Below the pieces are notes generated by a model, which worked only from the letters and a program-made list of their open reading frames with translations, had not been told where the DNA came from and ran no database searches. A program made the translations under genes and the position numbers. Below are positions 39,574 to 49,157 of a stretch of 64,000 bases of DNA, one piece after another. Every line of letters begins with the position of its first letter. Position 1 is the first letter of the stretch. This DNA is from Dehalococcoidia bacterium (lineage in GTDB: Bacteria; Chloroflexota; Dehalococcoidia; UBA2979): assembly GCA_963667465.2 (NCBI GenBank), contig CAXXDN010000002.1, positions 96,001 through 160,000 on the forward strand, given 5' to 3'.

Positions 39574-39864
39574 ATGCGTGTTCGCTCGATCCGCCACAGG
39601 GGTCTGCGCCGCCTGCTTGAGCGCGATGATCCCCGCTTGTTGGGGGGCGAGTTGGCCAACCGGGTGCGCAACGTCTTGACGGCCCTGCTGCTGGCTGAGC
39701 ACCTGGACGGGTTCATCGCCAACGCTCCGCCTGGCTGGCGCGTCCACAGGCTCTCGGGCGACCGTCGCGGGCAATGGAGTGTGTCCGTCTCGGGGAACTG
39801 GCGGATCACGTTCGAAGAAGAGGGCGGCTACATCGATCGCCTGAACCTGGAGGACTACCACTGA
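39574..39864 (+). CDS. higB: HigB (RelE-type) toxin
   Basis: SIRHRGLRRL, GWRVHRLSGDR.GQWSVSVSGNWRITF, LEDYH. Confidence 0.92.
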   Translation: MRVRSIRHRGLRRLLERDDPRLLGGELANRVRNVLTALLLAEHLDGFIANAPPGWRVHRLSGDRRGQWSVSVSGNWRITFEEEGGYIDRLNLEDYH

Positions 39865-40169
39865 TGAGTGACGGCGGCATTGAGGTCAACATGACGCCCT
39901 CGCACCCGGGCGAGTTCGTTCGCACCGAGGTCATCGAAGAGTTGGGCCTCAGCGTGACAAAGGCGGCGGAGATTCTGGACGTGCGCCGGGCGACGCTCTC
40001 GGATCTGCTGAACGGCAACGCTTCGCTCTCGCCGGAAATGGCGCTGCGGATCGAGAAGGCCTTCGGCATCGGCATGGACATGCTGCTGCGAATGCAGGCG
40101 TGGCACGATGGCTCCCGGATGCGTGCGCGGGCGGACGAGATCAGCGTGCGGCGTTACCAGCCCGCCTGA
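39864..40169 (+). CDS. higA: HigA antitoxin
   Basis: HPGEFV, LSVTKAA..L.V.R..LS.LLNG, SPEMALRIEKAFG, QAWHD. Confidence 0.92.
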   Translation: MSDGGIEVNMTPSHPGEFVRTEVIEELGLSVTKAAEILDVRRATLSDLLNGNASLSPEMALRIEKAFGIGMDMLLRMQAWHDGSRMRARADEISVRRYQPA

Positions 40170-40213
40170 AACCACTCACTAGCGGAACAGCGAGTCTCCG
40201 CTGGCGATGCGCG
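40170..40213. repeat. Right 44-bp direct repeat (native rseP 3' end)
   Basis: Begins immediately after the higA TGA (40167-40169). Confidence 0.95.
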
Positions 40214-41396
40214 CGATGTCCGCGAAGGTGATAGCGATCGCCAGCGCGATGAAGGCGATGAAGCCCACGAGGTGGACGACCGCTTCCTTCTCCGGCGCGA
40301 TCCGCCGCCCACCTCGCAACACCTCGATCAGCAGGAAGAAGATCCGCCCGCCGTCGAGCATCGGCAGCGGCAGCAGATTGAGCACGCCGAGGTTGATCGA
40401 GAGCAGCGCGGCGAGCATCAGCAGGGGCGTGAGGCCGCCCTCGCGCGCCACTTCGCCCGTGGTCTGCGCGATGCCCACCGGGCCGGCCACGGCGGGGCTG
40501 CTGCCGCCCTTGAACCAGGAGACCAGCTCGTTGCGTGCGAGGATCATCGCGTCGAGGGTGGCGCGCACCCCCCCGGGGATCGATTCCCACGGCGGCTGCG
40601 CGACCGTCTCCGTGAACGGCACGCAGCCCTCGCCGCCAACAAACGTGCACTGCGAGCGGATCGTGATGCCTGTCGGTCCCTGGCCGCTCGGCGGCGTCCA
40701 GCGCGGCTCGACGCGCAGCGTCTCGAAGTTCTGGCCGCGGCGCACGACGACGTCGATCTCCTTGCCGAGGTTGAGGCGGATCAGCCGGCCGGCGGCGGCG
40801 ACGTTCTGCGCCTCGCGCCCGCCGACCTCGTAGATCACGTCGCCGTTGAGGAAGCCGGCCGCCTCGGCCGGGGCGCCGGGCACGACCTGCTCGATGACTG
40901 CCCTGCCGATCGACTCCTCGTGAGGGATGGTGAAGGCGATGGCGAAGAGCAGCACCGGCAGCAGCAGGTTCACGACGGAGCCGGAGACCAGCACGATGAA
41001 GCGCTTCCAGCGCGCCGCGGCGGCGAGGGAGCGCGGGTGGTCCGGATCCTCCTCGCCGAGCAGCCGCACGAACCCGCCGAGGGGGGTCCAGTTCAGCGTG
41101 TAGACGGTCTCGCCCCAGCGCCGCCCGGTGATCCGCGGCGGGAAGCCGATGCCGAACTCCAGCACGGCGATCCCGAACAGCTTGGCCGTCGCAAAGTGCG
41201 CCAGCTCGTGTGCCACCACGAGCACGACGAGCACGCCGATGAACAGCAGCGTCGAGCTGACCGCGTCGGGCGCGAACCACCACGCCACGACCAGCGCGAT
41301 CGCGATCGCCAGCGCGGTGTTGAGGGCGCGCGGGATGCGAGGGCGGCCCCGCGAGGGGCTCTGGTCGCCTGCCGGAAGGCCCGGTTGGTCGCTCAT
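40179..41396 (-). CDS. rseP: RIP metalloprotease RseP (M50 with PDZ)
   Basis: HELAHF, FGIGF, PLGGFV, PDZ, NLLPLPMLDGG. Confidence 0.93.
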   Translation of the reverse strand: MSDQPGLPAGDQSPSRGRPRIPRALNTALAIAIALVVAWWFAPDAVSSTLLFIGVLVVLVVAHELAHFATAKLFGIAVLEFGIGFPPRITGRRWGETVYTLNWTPLGGFVRLLGEEDPDHPRSLAAAARWKRFIVLVSGSVVNLLLPVLLFAIAFTIPHEESIGRAVIEQVVPGAPAEAAGFLNGDVIYEVGGREAQNVAAAGRLIRLNLGKEIDVVVRRGQNFETLRVEPRWTPPSGQGPTGITIRSQCTFVGGEGCVPFTETVAQPPWESIPGGVRATLDAMILARNELVSWFKGGSSPAVAGPVGIAQTTGEVAREGGLTPLLMLAALLSINLGVLNLLPLPMLDGGRIFFLLIEVLRGGRRIAPEKEAVVHLVGFIAFIALAIAITFADIARIASGDSLFR

Positions 41397-41403
41397 CGCT
41401 CGC

Positions 41404-42564
41404 TCAGCGGATTCCGGCGGCCACGCGCTCGTTGACGAAGCGCTGGCCCCACGCCTCGGCGGCGATCAATTGCTCGAGGCCGGGGTCCGTGTCCGCCTCG
41501 TGCGCGTCGAGCGACTCCACCAGCAGCCGGGCGATGTCCGTGAAGCGGCAACGGCCGGCCAGGAAGTGCTCGACCGCGGACTCGTCCGCGCCCGACAGCA
41601 TGGCGGCCGAGGTGTCGCCGCGCCGCCCCGCTTCGAGGACCGTCGGCAGCGCCGGGAAGCGCTCCGTGTCGACCTCGCTGAAGTTCAGCGACCCGCGCGC
41701 GGCGAGGTCGAGCGGAGGCGCTGGCTGCTGCGGCGCACGCTCCGGGTAGGTGAGCGCGCACTGGATCGGCAGGCGCATGTCCGGCTCGCCCAGCTGCGCC
41801 TTAATCGAGCCGTCGGCGTAGGTCACCATCGAGTGCACGATGCTCTCCCGGTGCTGGAGGATGTCGACGCGGTCGATCGGGATGTCGAACAGCCAGCGCG
41901 CCTCGATCGCCTCGAGGCCCTTGTTGAAGAGGGTGGCGCTGTCGATCGTAACCTTCGGGCCCATCTGCCAGTTGGGGTGGATGAGCGCCTGCTCCGGCGT
42001 GACGCGGTCGAGCGCGTCCATATCGTAGTCCCGGAAGGCGCCGCCCGAGGCGGTCAGCGTGAGCCGGTCGACGGTCTCGAGCGGTTCGCCCCAGAGGCAC
42101 TGCCAGATCGCAGAGTGCTCCGAGTCGATCGGGCGCAGCTCCGCGCCGCGGTGTTCGTTCGCCTCGAGTGCGGCGCGCACGACGTGCCCGCCGACGACGA
42201 GCACCTCCTTGTTGGCGAGCGCGACGATCTTGCCTGCCTCGAGGGCACGCAGCGTCGGCTCCAGTCCGAGCCGCCCGGCGGTTGCGACGACGACGATGTC
42301 GACATCCGGCCGTACGGCCAGCTCGTCCAGCGGCAGCCAGGTGTCGCGGCCGAACTCCGAGGCGAGCCGGTCGGCCTCGGGGCCGGGAGCGGCGCAGGCC
42401 GCGCTTGGGCGGAACTCCTCGATCTGCTCGCGCAGCAGGGAGACGTTGCCGCCGGCGGCGAGGGCGGCGACGCGGAAGCGGTCCGGGAGGCCGCGCACGA
42501 CGTCGAGGGTCTGGGTGCCAATCGAGCCGGTCGAGCCGAGGATCGCGAGGCCGATCGCGGTCAT
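41404..42564 (-). CDS. dxr: 1-deoxy-D-xylulose-5-phosphate reductoisomerase
   Basis: LGSTGSIG, LANKE, PIDSEH, LTASGG, HPNWQMG.K.TIDSAT, DMRLPI. Confidence 0.96.
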   Translation of the reverse strand: MTAIGLAILGSTGSIGTQTLDVVRGLPDRFRVAALAAGGNVSLLREQIEEFRPSAACAAPGPEADRLASEFGRDTWLPLDELAVRPDVDIVVVATAGRLGLEPTLRALEAGKIVALANKEVLVVGGHVVRAALEANEHRGAELRPIDSEHSAIWQCLWGEPLETVDRLTLTASGGAFRDYDMDALDRVTPEQALIHPNWQMGPKVTIDSATLFNKGLEAIEARWLFDIPIDRVDILQHRESIVHSMVTYADGSIKAQLGEPDMRLPIQCALTYPERAPQQPAPPLDLAARGSLNFSEVDTERFPALPTVLEAGRRGDTSAAMLSGADESAVEHFLAGRCRFTDIARLLVESLDAHEADTDPGLEQLIAAEAWGQRFVNERVAAGIR

Positions 42565-42607
42565 GCGGACCTCCAACCGGGCGCCGCGGGCTGGTTCCGG
42601 CAGGTGG

Positions 42608-43393
42608 CTAGAGCCACTGCAAGATCCAGTATAGCAACGGCCCTGCGAGCAACTGTGAGTCCATTCGGTCGAGCAGCCCACCGTGTCCGGGCAGCAGTCC
42701 GGAGCTGTCTTTCACCCCGACGCGCCGCTTCAGCGCGGATTCCAGCAGATCGCCCCCTTGCGCCGCGATCGGCAGCAGCAGCGCGATCGCGGCGATCACG
42801 ACTGCTTCGGCCTCGAGGTTGAGCGCGAGCGGCAGCGCGGCGCCGGCGGCAGCGCCCGCGACGAACCCGCCGATCGCGCCCTCGCGCGTCTTGCCCGGCG
42901 AGACGCGCGGAGCGAGCGGATGGCGGCCGCGCCACTTCCCGACGGCGTAGGCGCCCGTATCGGTGGCGATCGTGACGCCGAGCAGCACGATCAGCCAGCG
43001 CTGGCCCTCGGGCTCCCCGCGCAGCAGCAGCCAGTGCGCGCCGAGCACGCCGACGTAGGCGACCGCGCCCAGCCACCAGGCCTCGCGCAGGCGGCGCGGG
43101 CCGGGGCCGGGGCGGAGCAGGCCGTAGAGGGCGATCGCCGGCAGGGGGAGCAGCGTCCAGAGCGGGAAGCCGCCCTCGGCCTGCCGCATCCAGAGCGCGA
43201 CGAACGCCGCCGCGGCGGCCGCGCCGAGCGGCTGCCAGCGGGGCCGCGCGCCGGCGGCGGCGATGAACAGCTCGGCGGCGGCGGCGGCGAGCAGCAGCGA
43301 GATGGTGGCGGCGAAGACGGGCTCGGGCAGCGCGATGACGAGCGCCAGCAGCGGCAGCCCGATCGCCGCCACGAGCAGCCGTGTCCGCAGCAT
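42608..43393 (-). CDS. cdsA: Phosphatidate cytidylyltransferase
   Basis: DTGAY, SPGKT.EG, GDLLESALKR..VKDS..LPGHGG.LDRMDS. Confidence 0.95.
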   Translation of the reverse strand: MLRTRLLVAAIGLPLLALVIALPEPVFAATISLLLAAAAAELFIAAAGARPRWQPLGAAAAAAFVALWMRQAEGGFPLWTLLPLPAIALYGLLRPGPGPRRLREAWWLGAVAYVGVLGAHWLLLRGEPEGQRWLIVLLGVTIATDTGAYAVGKWRGRHPLAPRVSPGKTREGAIGGFVAGAAAGAALPLALNLEAEAVVIAAIALLLPIAAQGGDLLESALKRRVGVKDSSGLLPGHGGLLDRMDSQLLAGPLLYWILQWL

Positions 43394-43396
43394 GGG

Positions 43397-44197
43397 TCAG
43401 GCGTCCGGGTGCGCGTGCTCCGCCTGGCGCTCCGGGACCAGCCCGAAGCGGCGGCGTCGGCGGCGGTACTCCCCCAGCGCCTTGTCGACGTCCTGCGGCC
43501 CGAAGTCCGGCCAGAGCGTGGGGGTGAAGTAGTACTCGCTGTAGGCCGACTCCCAGACCAGGAAGTTGGAGAGCCTGCGCTCCCCCGCCGTACGGATCAG
43601 CAGGTCCGGGTCCGGCAGGTCGGCGGTCGCCAGACGGCTCGCGATTGCCTCGGCGTCCACTTCGCCCGGTGCGACGCCGTCGGCGATCAGGCGGCGCACG
43701 GCGCCGACGATGTCGGAGCGGCCGCCGTAGTTGAAGGCGAGGTTGACGGTGATGCGGTCGTTTCCGGCGGTCCGGACGACCGCGTCCTCCACCTTGCGCT
43801 GCAGCGATCGCGGCAACGGCGAGAGGTGGCCGATGTGCTGCAGGCGGATACCTGCCTCGTCGAGTGAGTCCAGCTCGCGGTCTATCACGCGTCCGGCGAG
43901 GCGCATCAGGTAGTCGACCTCGCCGCGCGGGCGTCCCCAGTTCTCGGTGGAGAAGGCGAAGAGCGTGACAATCGGGACGCCATGCTCACCGAGGCGCTCG
44001 ATCACGGCTCGAATGCGGTCGGCGCCAGCGCGGTGGCCGCGCTGGCGGCTGAGTCCGCGATCGCGAGCCCAGCGCCCGTTGCCGTCCATGATGATCGCGA
44101 CGTGGTGGGGCAGCGCCTCGCCCGGGGTACTCGCGACATCGCTCGCGGCGGGCTCAACGACCATGCTTGCTGGACCCCCGGCCTGGCTCACGGACAT
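43397..44197 (-). CDS. uppS: Polyprenyl (undecaprenyl) diphosphate synthase
   Basis: HVAIIMDGNGRWA, FSTENW, NYGGR, DLLIRT.GE.RLSNF, WPDF; start could be 44164. Confidence 0.95.
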   Translation of the reverse strand: MSVSQAGGPASMVVEPAASDVASTPGEALPHHVAIIMDGNGRWARDRGLSRQRGHRAGADRIRAVIERLGEHGVPIVTLFAFSTENWGRPRGEVDYLMRLAGRVIDRELDSLDEAGIRLQHIGHLSPLPRSLQRKVEDAVVRTAGNDRITVNLAFNYGGRSDIVGAVRRLIADGVAPGEVDAEAIASRLATADLPDPDLLIRTAGERRLSNFLVWESAYSEYYFTPTLWPDFGPQDVDKALGEYRRRRRRFGLVPERQAEHAHPDA

Positions 44198-44340
44198 GCG
44201 GCGTCACGCTGCTCTGCTCCACGTCCCGCGCCCCGCACCGTATCAGGTCAGTTCCCCTTGCGGCGCGGGTCGCCAATCGGAAGTTCTGTTGATTCCGCCG
44301 GCGCGCCGCCGCAGCGTCCGCGGGCGGCCCGGCGGCGGCT

Positions 44341-44901
44341 CTAGATCTCGAGGAGCTCTTGCTCCTTTTGCTGTCCAATCTCGTCGATCTGCTTCGTGTG
44401 CGCCCCGGTGATCTCCTCGACATCGGTGAGTGCGCGGCGCTCTTCGTCCTCCGACAGATCGCCGGCCCGCAGCGCCGTGCGCAGCTCATCGATGGCGTGG
44501 CGGCGGATGTTGCGGACGGCGACCTTGCCTTCCTCGGAGCGCGCGCCCACCAGCCGCACCAGCTCGCGGCGGCGCTCTTCGGTGAGCGGCGGGATCGGCA
44601 GCCGGATCGTGGCGCCGTCGTTGCTGGGCGTGATGCCGAGGTCGCTCGCCTGGATCGCCTTCATGATCGGCTGCAGCGCGGACTTGTCCCAGGGCTGCAC
44701 GGTGACCAGCGTGGGATCCGGCGCGGCGAGCGTCGCGAGCTGATTGAGCGGCATCACCTGGTCGTAGTGGGACACCGGGAGACGCTCGACGATCGCGGTG
44801 TTGGCCCGGCCCGTGCGCACCGCCTCCAGCGTCTGGCGCAGCGACTCCACCGCCTTGTCCATGCGGTCGTCGGCGTCGAGCAGAACCTCATCGACGTCCA
44901 C
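44341..44901 (-). CDS. frr: Ribosome recycling factor
   Basis: RTGRA, QPWD, P.NDG..IRL..PPLTEERR, VRNIRR. Confidence 0.96.
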   Translation of the reverse strand: MDVDEVLLDADDRMDKAVESLRQTLEAVRTGRANTAIVERLPVSHYDQVMPLNQLATLAAPDPTLVTVQPWDKSALQPIMKAIQASDLGITPSNDGATIRLPIPPLTEERRRELVRLVGARSEEGKVAVRNIRRHAIDELRTALRAGDLSEDEERRALTDVEEITGAHTKQIDEIGQQKEQELLEI

Positions 44902-44954
44902 CGCCGCCTCCTCGGCCGGGCGAACGCGAGCCCGGCCCCGTTCGTCGCCCGCTG

Positions 44955-45473
44955 CTACTCGGCCGGCGACCCTCCGCCGATCTCGTAGCGAATGAAGCGA
45001 GAGATGCGGATGTTCTCGCCCGTGGCCGAGATGGTGTCCTCGACAAGCTGCTGGATCGTCTTGCCCGGCTCCTTGATGAACGGCTGGCTGAGCAGTGCGC
45101 GCTGCTCGCGCTCGCTCGCCGGCACGTCCTCGGGCAGATCGTCGATGGTGACCGTGTCCGGGTTCATCGCGGCGACCTGCAGCGCGACCTCGTGCGCCAG
45201 GTTCTGGAACTCCTCGGTGCGCGCGACGAAGTCCGTCTCGCTGTTCAGCTCGACGAGTACGCCGATGCGCCCGCCGGCGTGGATATAGGACTCGATCACG
45301 CCCTCGCTGGTTGCGCGGTCGGCGCGCTTCGCGGCGGCGGCGATGCCCTCCTCGCGCAGCAGCGAGCGGGCGCGATCGAAGTCGCCCTCCGCCCGATCGA
45401 GTGCGCGCTTGGCGTCCATCACGCCGGCGCCGGTCTCCTCGCGGAGCCGCTTCACATCCTGGACTGAGACCAC
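44955..45473 (-). CDS. tsf: Elongation factor Ts (short form)
   Basis: VKRLREETGAGVMDAK, EG, NSETDFVAR, GENIRI.RF. Confidence 0.95.
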   Translation of the reverse strand: MVSVQDVKRLREETGAGVMDAKRALDRAEGDFDRARSLLREEGIAAAAKRADRATSEGVIESYIHAGGRIGVLVELNSETDFVARTEEFQNLAHEVALQVAAMNPDTVTIDDLPEDVPASEREQRALLSQPFIKEPGKTIQQLVEDTISATGENIRISRFIRYEIGGGSPAE

Positions 45474-45537
45474 AACCGCTCCCTTGTCGTGCTGTACCTG
45501 TCGGGTGGCCTGCCGAGGCGGCAGGCTTCGTTCGCTA

Positions 45538-46404
45538 CTACTCGGCGGCCGGACCGTCCGGGGTGGGCTCTGCCGGAGCGGGCTCTGCCGGGGCCGGGGC
45601 CGCGGCGACGGCCCCGGCGGCTTCGGCGGCTTCGGCGGCAGCCTCCGCGGGCGTGGCCTCCCCGGCGGGCTGCATCATCGCGACCGAGCCCGCGGCGGCA
45701 GCCTCCTGCTCCACCTCGCTGTACGCGCGTCCTTCGAGGACCGCGTCGGCCACGCGCCCCGTGACCAGCTGGATGGCGCGAATCGCGTCGTCGTTGGCCG
45801 GAATCGGGAAGTCGATCAGCGTCGGGTCGGCGTCCGTGTCGCACATCGCGACGATCGGGGTCTTGGTGCGGTTCGCCTCGCGGACGGCGATGTCCTCGAG
45901 CCGCACGTCGATGACGAAGAGCATCCCGGGCGGCCGCTCCAGCGTGCTGATGCCGCCGAAGGCGCGCTGCATGCGGTTGAACTGCTTCTCCAGGCGCAGC
46001 CGCTCGCGCTTGGACAGCGTCTCGTGCTCGCCGGAGGCGATCCGCAGCTCGAGGTCGCGCAGGAACTCGATGCGGCGCGAGATGGTGGCCCAGTTGGTGA
46101 GCGTGCCGCCCAGCCAGCGGTTGGTGACGTAGGGCATGCCGCAGCGCTCGGCCTCGGCGCGGATCACGGCGCGGGCCTGCTTCTTCGTGGCGACGAAGAG
46201 CACGGTCTGGCCGGCCGAGACGGTCTCGCGCACCTGCTGCAGCGCTTCCTCGAAGCGCCGCACGGTCTGGCCGAGATCGAGGATGTGGATGCCGTGCCGT
46301 TCGGTGTAGATGAACGGCCGCATACGCGGGTTCCAGCGCCGGGTCTGGTGTCCGAAATGGACGCCCGCCTCCAGCATCTGCTTCATGGTTGCGGCTGCGC
46401 TCAC
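45538..46404 (-). CDS. rpsB: 30S ribosomal protein S2
   Basis: [35 protein letters not shown]. Confidence 0.97.
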   Translation of the reverse strand: MSAAATMKQMLEAGVHFGHQTRRWNPRMRPFIYTERHGIHILDLGQTVRRFEEALQQVRETVSAGQTVLFVATKKQARAVIRAEAERCGMPYVTNRWLGGTLTNWATISRRIEFLRDLELRIASGEHETLSKRERLRLEKQFNRMQRAFGGISTLERPPGMLFVIDVRLEDIAVREANRTKTPIVAMCDTDADPTLIDFPIPANDDAIRAIQLVTGRVADAVLEGRAYSEVEQEAAAAGSVAMMQPAGEATPAEAAAEAAEAAGAVAAAPAPAEPAPAEPTPDGPAAE

Positions 46405-46518
46405 GTCACTCCTTCGGCGCGTTGCGCCTCGTACCGCGGGCGGGCAACGGCCCGCTGCACGCCTCTTGCGCTGCGTCTCCGGCCTGCGTTCGACCGTGTC
46501 TGCGAGCCACCGAGTATA
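46405..46518 (-). promoter_or_regulatory. rpsB promoter -10 (TATACT) and ~100-nt leader, possible S2 autoregulatory RNA
   Basis: TATACT at 46513-46518 (minus); hairpin GCGGGC-cgtt-GCCCGC in leader; AAGGAG RBS. Confidence 0.45.
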
Positions 46519-46544
46519 GCCACAGCCCCGGCGCAGGGGCTACC

Positions 46545-46722
46545 GCGCGAAGGCGGCGACCGGTTCGAGGGCCACGAGCCCGGCCTGCTGCCCGCCATGC
46601 ATGGCGACCCTGCCGATCGGCTAATCGTCGCGACGGCCCTCGAGAACCATCAACTCGGAACGGCAGATCAGCGGATCCTTGCCTGGCCCGGCCAATTGAG
46701 CCGGTCGGACGCCACCGACTGA
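46545..46722 (+). pseudogene. C-terminal remnant of a VapC/PIN toxin
   Basis: LPAMHGDPADRLIVATAL..TADQRIL; no N-terminal half and no antitoxin. Confidence 0.75.
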
Positions 46723-46869
46723 GGGTCTGCTCCCGCCGGGCGAACACCAACGCACGGCCCAGGTTGCGCCGCTTGTGGCCGGATCGGCCCTTACGTACAC
46801 TGGCTCGCACGCCGCTGGAGCGTTTCCTGCGGCGTTGCCGTGCGACCGAACTCACGGAGGCTCCCCACC

Positions 46870-47247
46870 GTGCCCACCTACGACTACCGCTGCGACGAGG
46901 GCCATCGCTACGACAAGCGCGAGCCCTTCGGCTCGCCCTCGGAGCAGCCGTGTGACGAGTGCGGCGAGACCGCGCGGCGCGTGATCCACGCCCCGCCCGT
47001 CGTCTTCAAGGGCTCCGGTTGGTACAAGACCGACAGCCGCTCCACCACCAGGCGCCCCAGCACCTCCTCCGAGGGCGACGAGTCCGAGAAGTCGGACCGC
47101 GTGCTCGCCGCCGAGGCCGCAACCAACGAGCGCGAGGCCAGAAAAGAGTCCGTCGCCGCGCAGAAGAAGGCCGATGCCGCGAAGACCACTTCGGGCGGCT
47201 CGGGCGGCTCGGGCGGCTCGGGCGGCTCCGGCGACAAGAGCAGCTAG
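46870..47247 (+). CDS. FmdB-family zinc-ribbon protein with GGS tail
   Basis: PTYDYRC..GH..C..CG..FKGSGWYKTD; GGAGG RBS. Confidence 0.88.
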   Translation: MPTYDYRCDEGHRYDKREPFGSPSEQPCDECGETARRVIHAPPVVFKGSGWYKTDSRSTTRRPSTSSEGDESEKSDRVLAAEAATNEREARKESVAAQKKADAAKTTSGGSGGSGGSGGSGDKSS

Positions 47248-47264
47248 GCGCTTCGAGACCCCCG

Positions 47265-47708
47265 ATGCGAGCCGTCGTGCAGCGCGTCTCCCGGGCGCGC
47301 GTCACCGTCGATGGCGAAGTCAGCGGCGAGATCGGCCGCGGCCTCCTCGTCTACGTCGGCGTTGCGGTCGGCGACGGTGAGCCGCAGGCCCGCTGGCTGG
47401 CGAAGAAGGTTGCCGAGCTGCGCATCTTCCCGAGTGATACGCGCCCGATTGATCGGTCGCTGCTTGATACCGGCGGCGAGGCGCTGATCGTCTCGCAGTT
47501 CACGCTGCTCGCCGACACCCGCAAGGGCCGCCGCCCCTCGTTCTTCGCCGCCGCCCCGCCCGAGGACGCCGAGCCGCTGGTCGCGGCCGTCTGCGAGGAG
47601 TTGCGCGCCCTCGGCGTGACCGTCGCCGAGGGCCGCTTCGGCGCGATGATGGCAGTCGAGAGCACGAACGACGGGCCCGTGACGATCACCCTCGACAGCG
47701 AGGCGTAG
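47265..47708 (+). CDS. dtd: D-aminoacyl-tRNA deacylase
   Basis: MRAVVQRV, LRIF, SQFTL, KGRRPSF, FGAMM, NDGPVT. Confidence 0.96.
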   Translation: MRAVVQRVSRARVTVDGEVSGEIGRGLLVYVGVAVGDGEPQARWLAKKVAELRIFPSDTRPIDRSLLDTGGEALIVSQFTLLADTRKGRRPSFFAAAPPEDAEPLVAAVCEELRALGVTVAEGRFGAMMAVESTNDGPVTITLDSEA

Positions 47709-47753
47709 CCGGCAGCACGGCCTACTCCGGCAGCACGGGCTACTCCGGCAGCA
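47709..47753. repeat. 2.5 x 18-bp tandem repeat over the stop codon of the kinase gene
   Basis: CCGGCAGCACGG(C/G)CTACT at 47709 and 47727, partial copy at 47745. Confidence 0.88.
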
Positions 47754-48279
47754 GCAGCGCCTCGCCGCGCGCGACCAGCTCCTGCAGCCGGTCGGCGGTG
47801 ACGTACGCGTCCGCGTCCCCGGAGCTGTCGAGGACGGCGCCGGGCAGCTCGCCGGCCTCGTGCGCCGCGCTGAGCCGTGCGTGGACCTCGCGCGTGCGCT
47901 CCCCCTCGGGATCGCCGCAGCGCGCGACAGTCGTCCCGAGGTCCGGCAGCAGGGTCACGAAGTGCACCGCAGCGCCGACCCGCTCGAGCGCCTCGCCGTA
48001 GACCGCGGCCAGCGCCGGGTCGATGACGTCGCAGATCGCGACGGCATAGCGCGTCGCGATTGCCTCGCGGGCGACGGCGCAGGCGGCGCGAGCGCCGAGC
48101 CGCAGCTGCTCCTCGGCCTGTGCGTCGCCGCTCCAGGGGCGGCGGTACCCTGCGCAGACCCAGCGCCGCAGCTCGTCCACCTCGATCAGCAGCATGCGGT
48201 CGAAGCGCTCGCAGATTGCCCGCGCAACCGTGCTCTTGCCCGCCCCCGGCGGTCCCGAGATGACGATCACCTGGTTCAT
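47740..48279 (-). CDS. P-loop kinase/AAA family protein
   Basis: VIVISGPPGAGKSTVA, IEVDELR; ATGA overlap with nadC. Confidence 0.82.
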   Translation of the reverse strand: MNQVIVISGPPGAGKSTVARAICERFDRMLLIEVDELRRWVCAGYRRPWSGDAQAEEQLRLGARAACAVAREAIATRYAVAICDVIDPALAAVYGEALERVGAAVHFVTLLPDLGTTVARCGDPEGERTREVHARLSAAHEAGELPGAVLDSSGDADAYVTADRLQELVARGEALLLPE

Positions 48280-49157
48280 GCCGGCTCCACCCCCAGCGAG
48301 ATGTCGAGCGCCGGCGCCGAGTGCGTCAGCGCCCCCGCCGAGACAAGGTCCACCCCCGTCGCCGCGATCTCGCGCACGGTTTCGAGGCTCACCCCGCCCG
48401 AGGCCTCGAGCAGCGCGCGCCCGCCGGCCGCCTCCACCGCCTCGCGCATGGCGGCGACCGACATGTTGTCGAGCATCACGATGTCCGCGCCCGCCTCGAT
48501 CGCGAGCAGCGCCGTCTCGACATCCGGCGCCTCGACCTCGATGCGGTGGGTGTGCGGAGCGTGCTCGCGCGTGTCCCGCAGTAACTGCGGAAGCGTCACA
48601 CCGCGCGCGGCGGCGGCGGCCAGGTGGTTGTCCTTGATCAGCACGGCGTCGGCGAGGGTGTCGCGGTGGTTGTGCCCGCCCCCGGCGCGGACGGCGTAGC
48701 GCTCGAGCGCGCGCAGCCCCGGCGTCGTCTTGCGCGTGTCGGTGATGCGCGCCGGGCCGCCCGCGGCCGCGCGCTCGACGAAGGCGCGCGTGAGGGTCGC
48801 GATGCCGCTGAGCCGCTGCAGGAAGTTGAGCGCGACCCGCTCGCCCGAGAGCAGCGCCGCGAGCGGCCCGGCGAGCGTCGCGACGACCTGCCCGTGAGCG
48901 ACCGTGTCGCCGTCGGCGGCCAGCGCCTCGATGGCGACGTCCCCCCCGAGCTGGCGGTAGACCTCGCGGACCAGGTCGAGGCCGCAGAGCACCCCGTCCT
49001 GCTTGATCAGCAGCGAGCCTCGGCCGGACTGGTCCGGCGGCACGGTCGCCTGCGTCGTCACGTCCTGCAGCACGCGGTCCTCGGCCAGCGCGCGCGCGAC
49101 AACGTCGCGCAGCGCCGCGGCGTCCGGCGGGCGCAGCCCCTCGGTCGTGGCGCTCAC
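48276..49157 (-). CDS. nadC: Nicotinate-nucleotide diphosphorylase (quinolinate PRTase)
   Basis: ALAED..DVT, ER.ALNFLQRLSGIAT, DTRKTTPGLR, IKDNH, MLDN, EASGG, GALTHS. Confidence 0.95.
   Translation of the reverse strand: MSATTEGLRPPDAAALRDVVARALAEDRVLQDVTTQATVPPDQSGRGSLLIKQDGVLCGLDLVREVYRQLGGDVAIEALAADGDTVAHGQVVATLAGPLAALLSGERVALNFLQRLSGIATLTRAFVERAAAGGPARITDTRKTTPGLRALERYAVRAGGGHNHRDTLADAVLIKDNHLAAAAARGVTLPQLLRDTREHAPHTHRIEVEAPDVETALLAIEAGADIVMLDNMSVAAMREAVEAAGGRALLEASGGVSLETVREIAATGVDLVSAGALTHSAPALDISLGVEPA

Noticed and set aside
47193-47232. GGCTCGGGC tandem repeat
   Set aside because: It simply encodes the GGS low-complexity tail of the FmdB protein.
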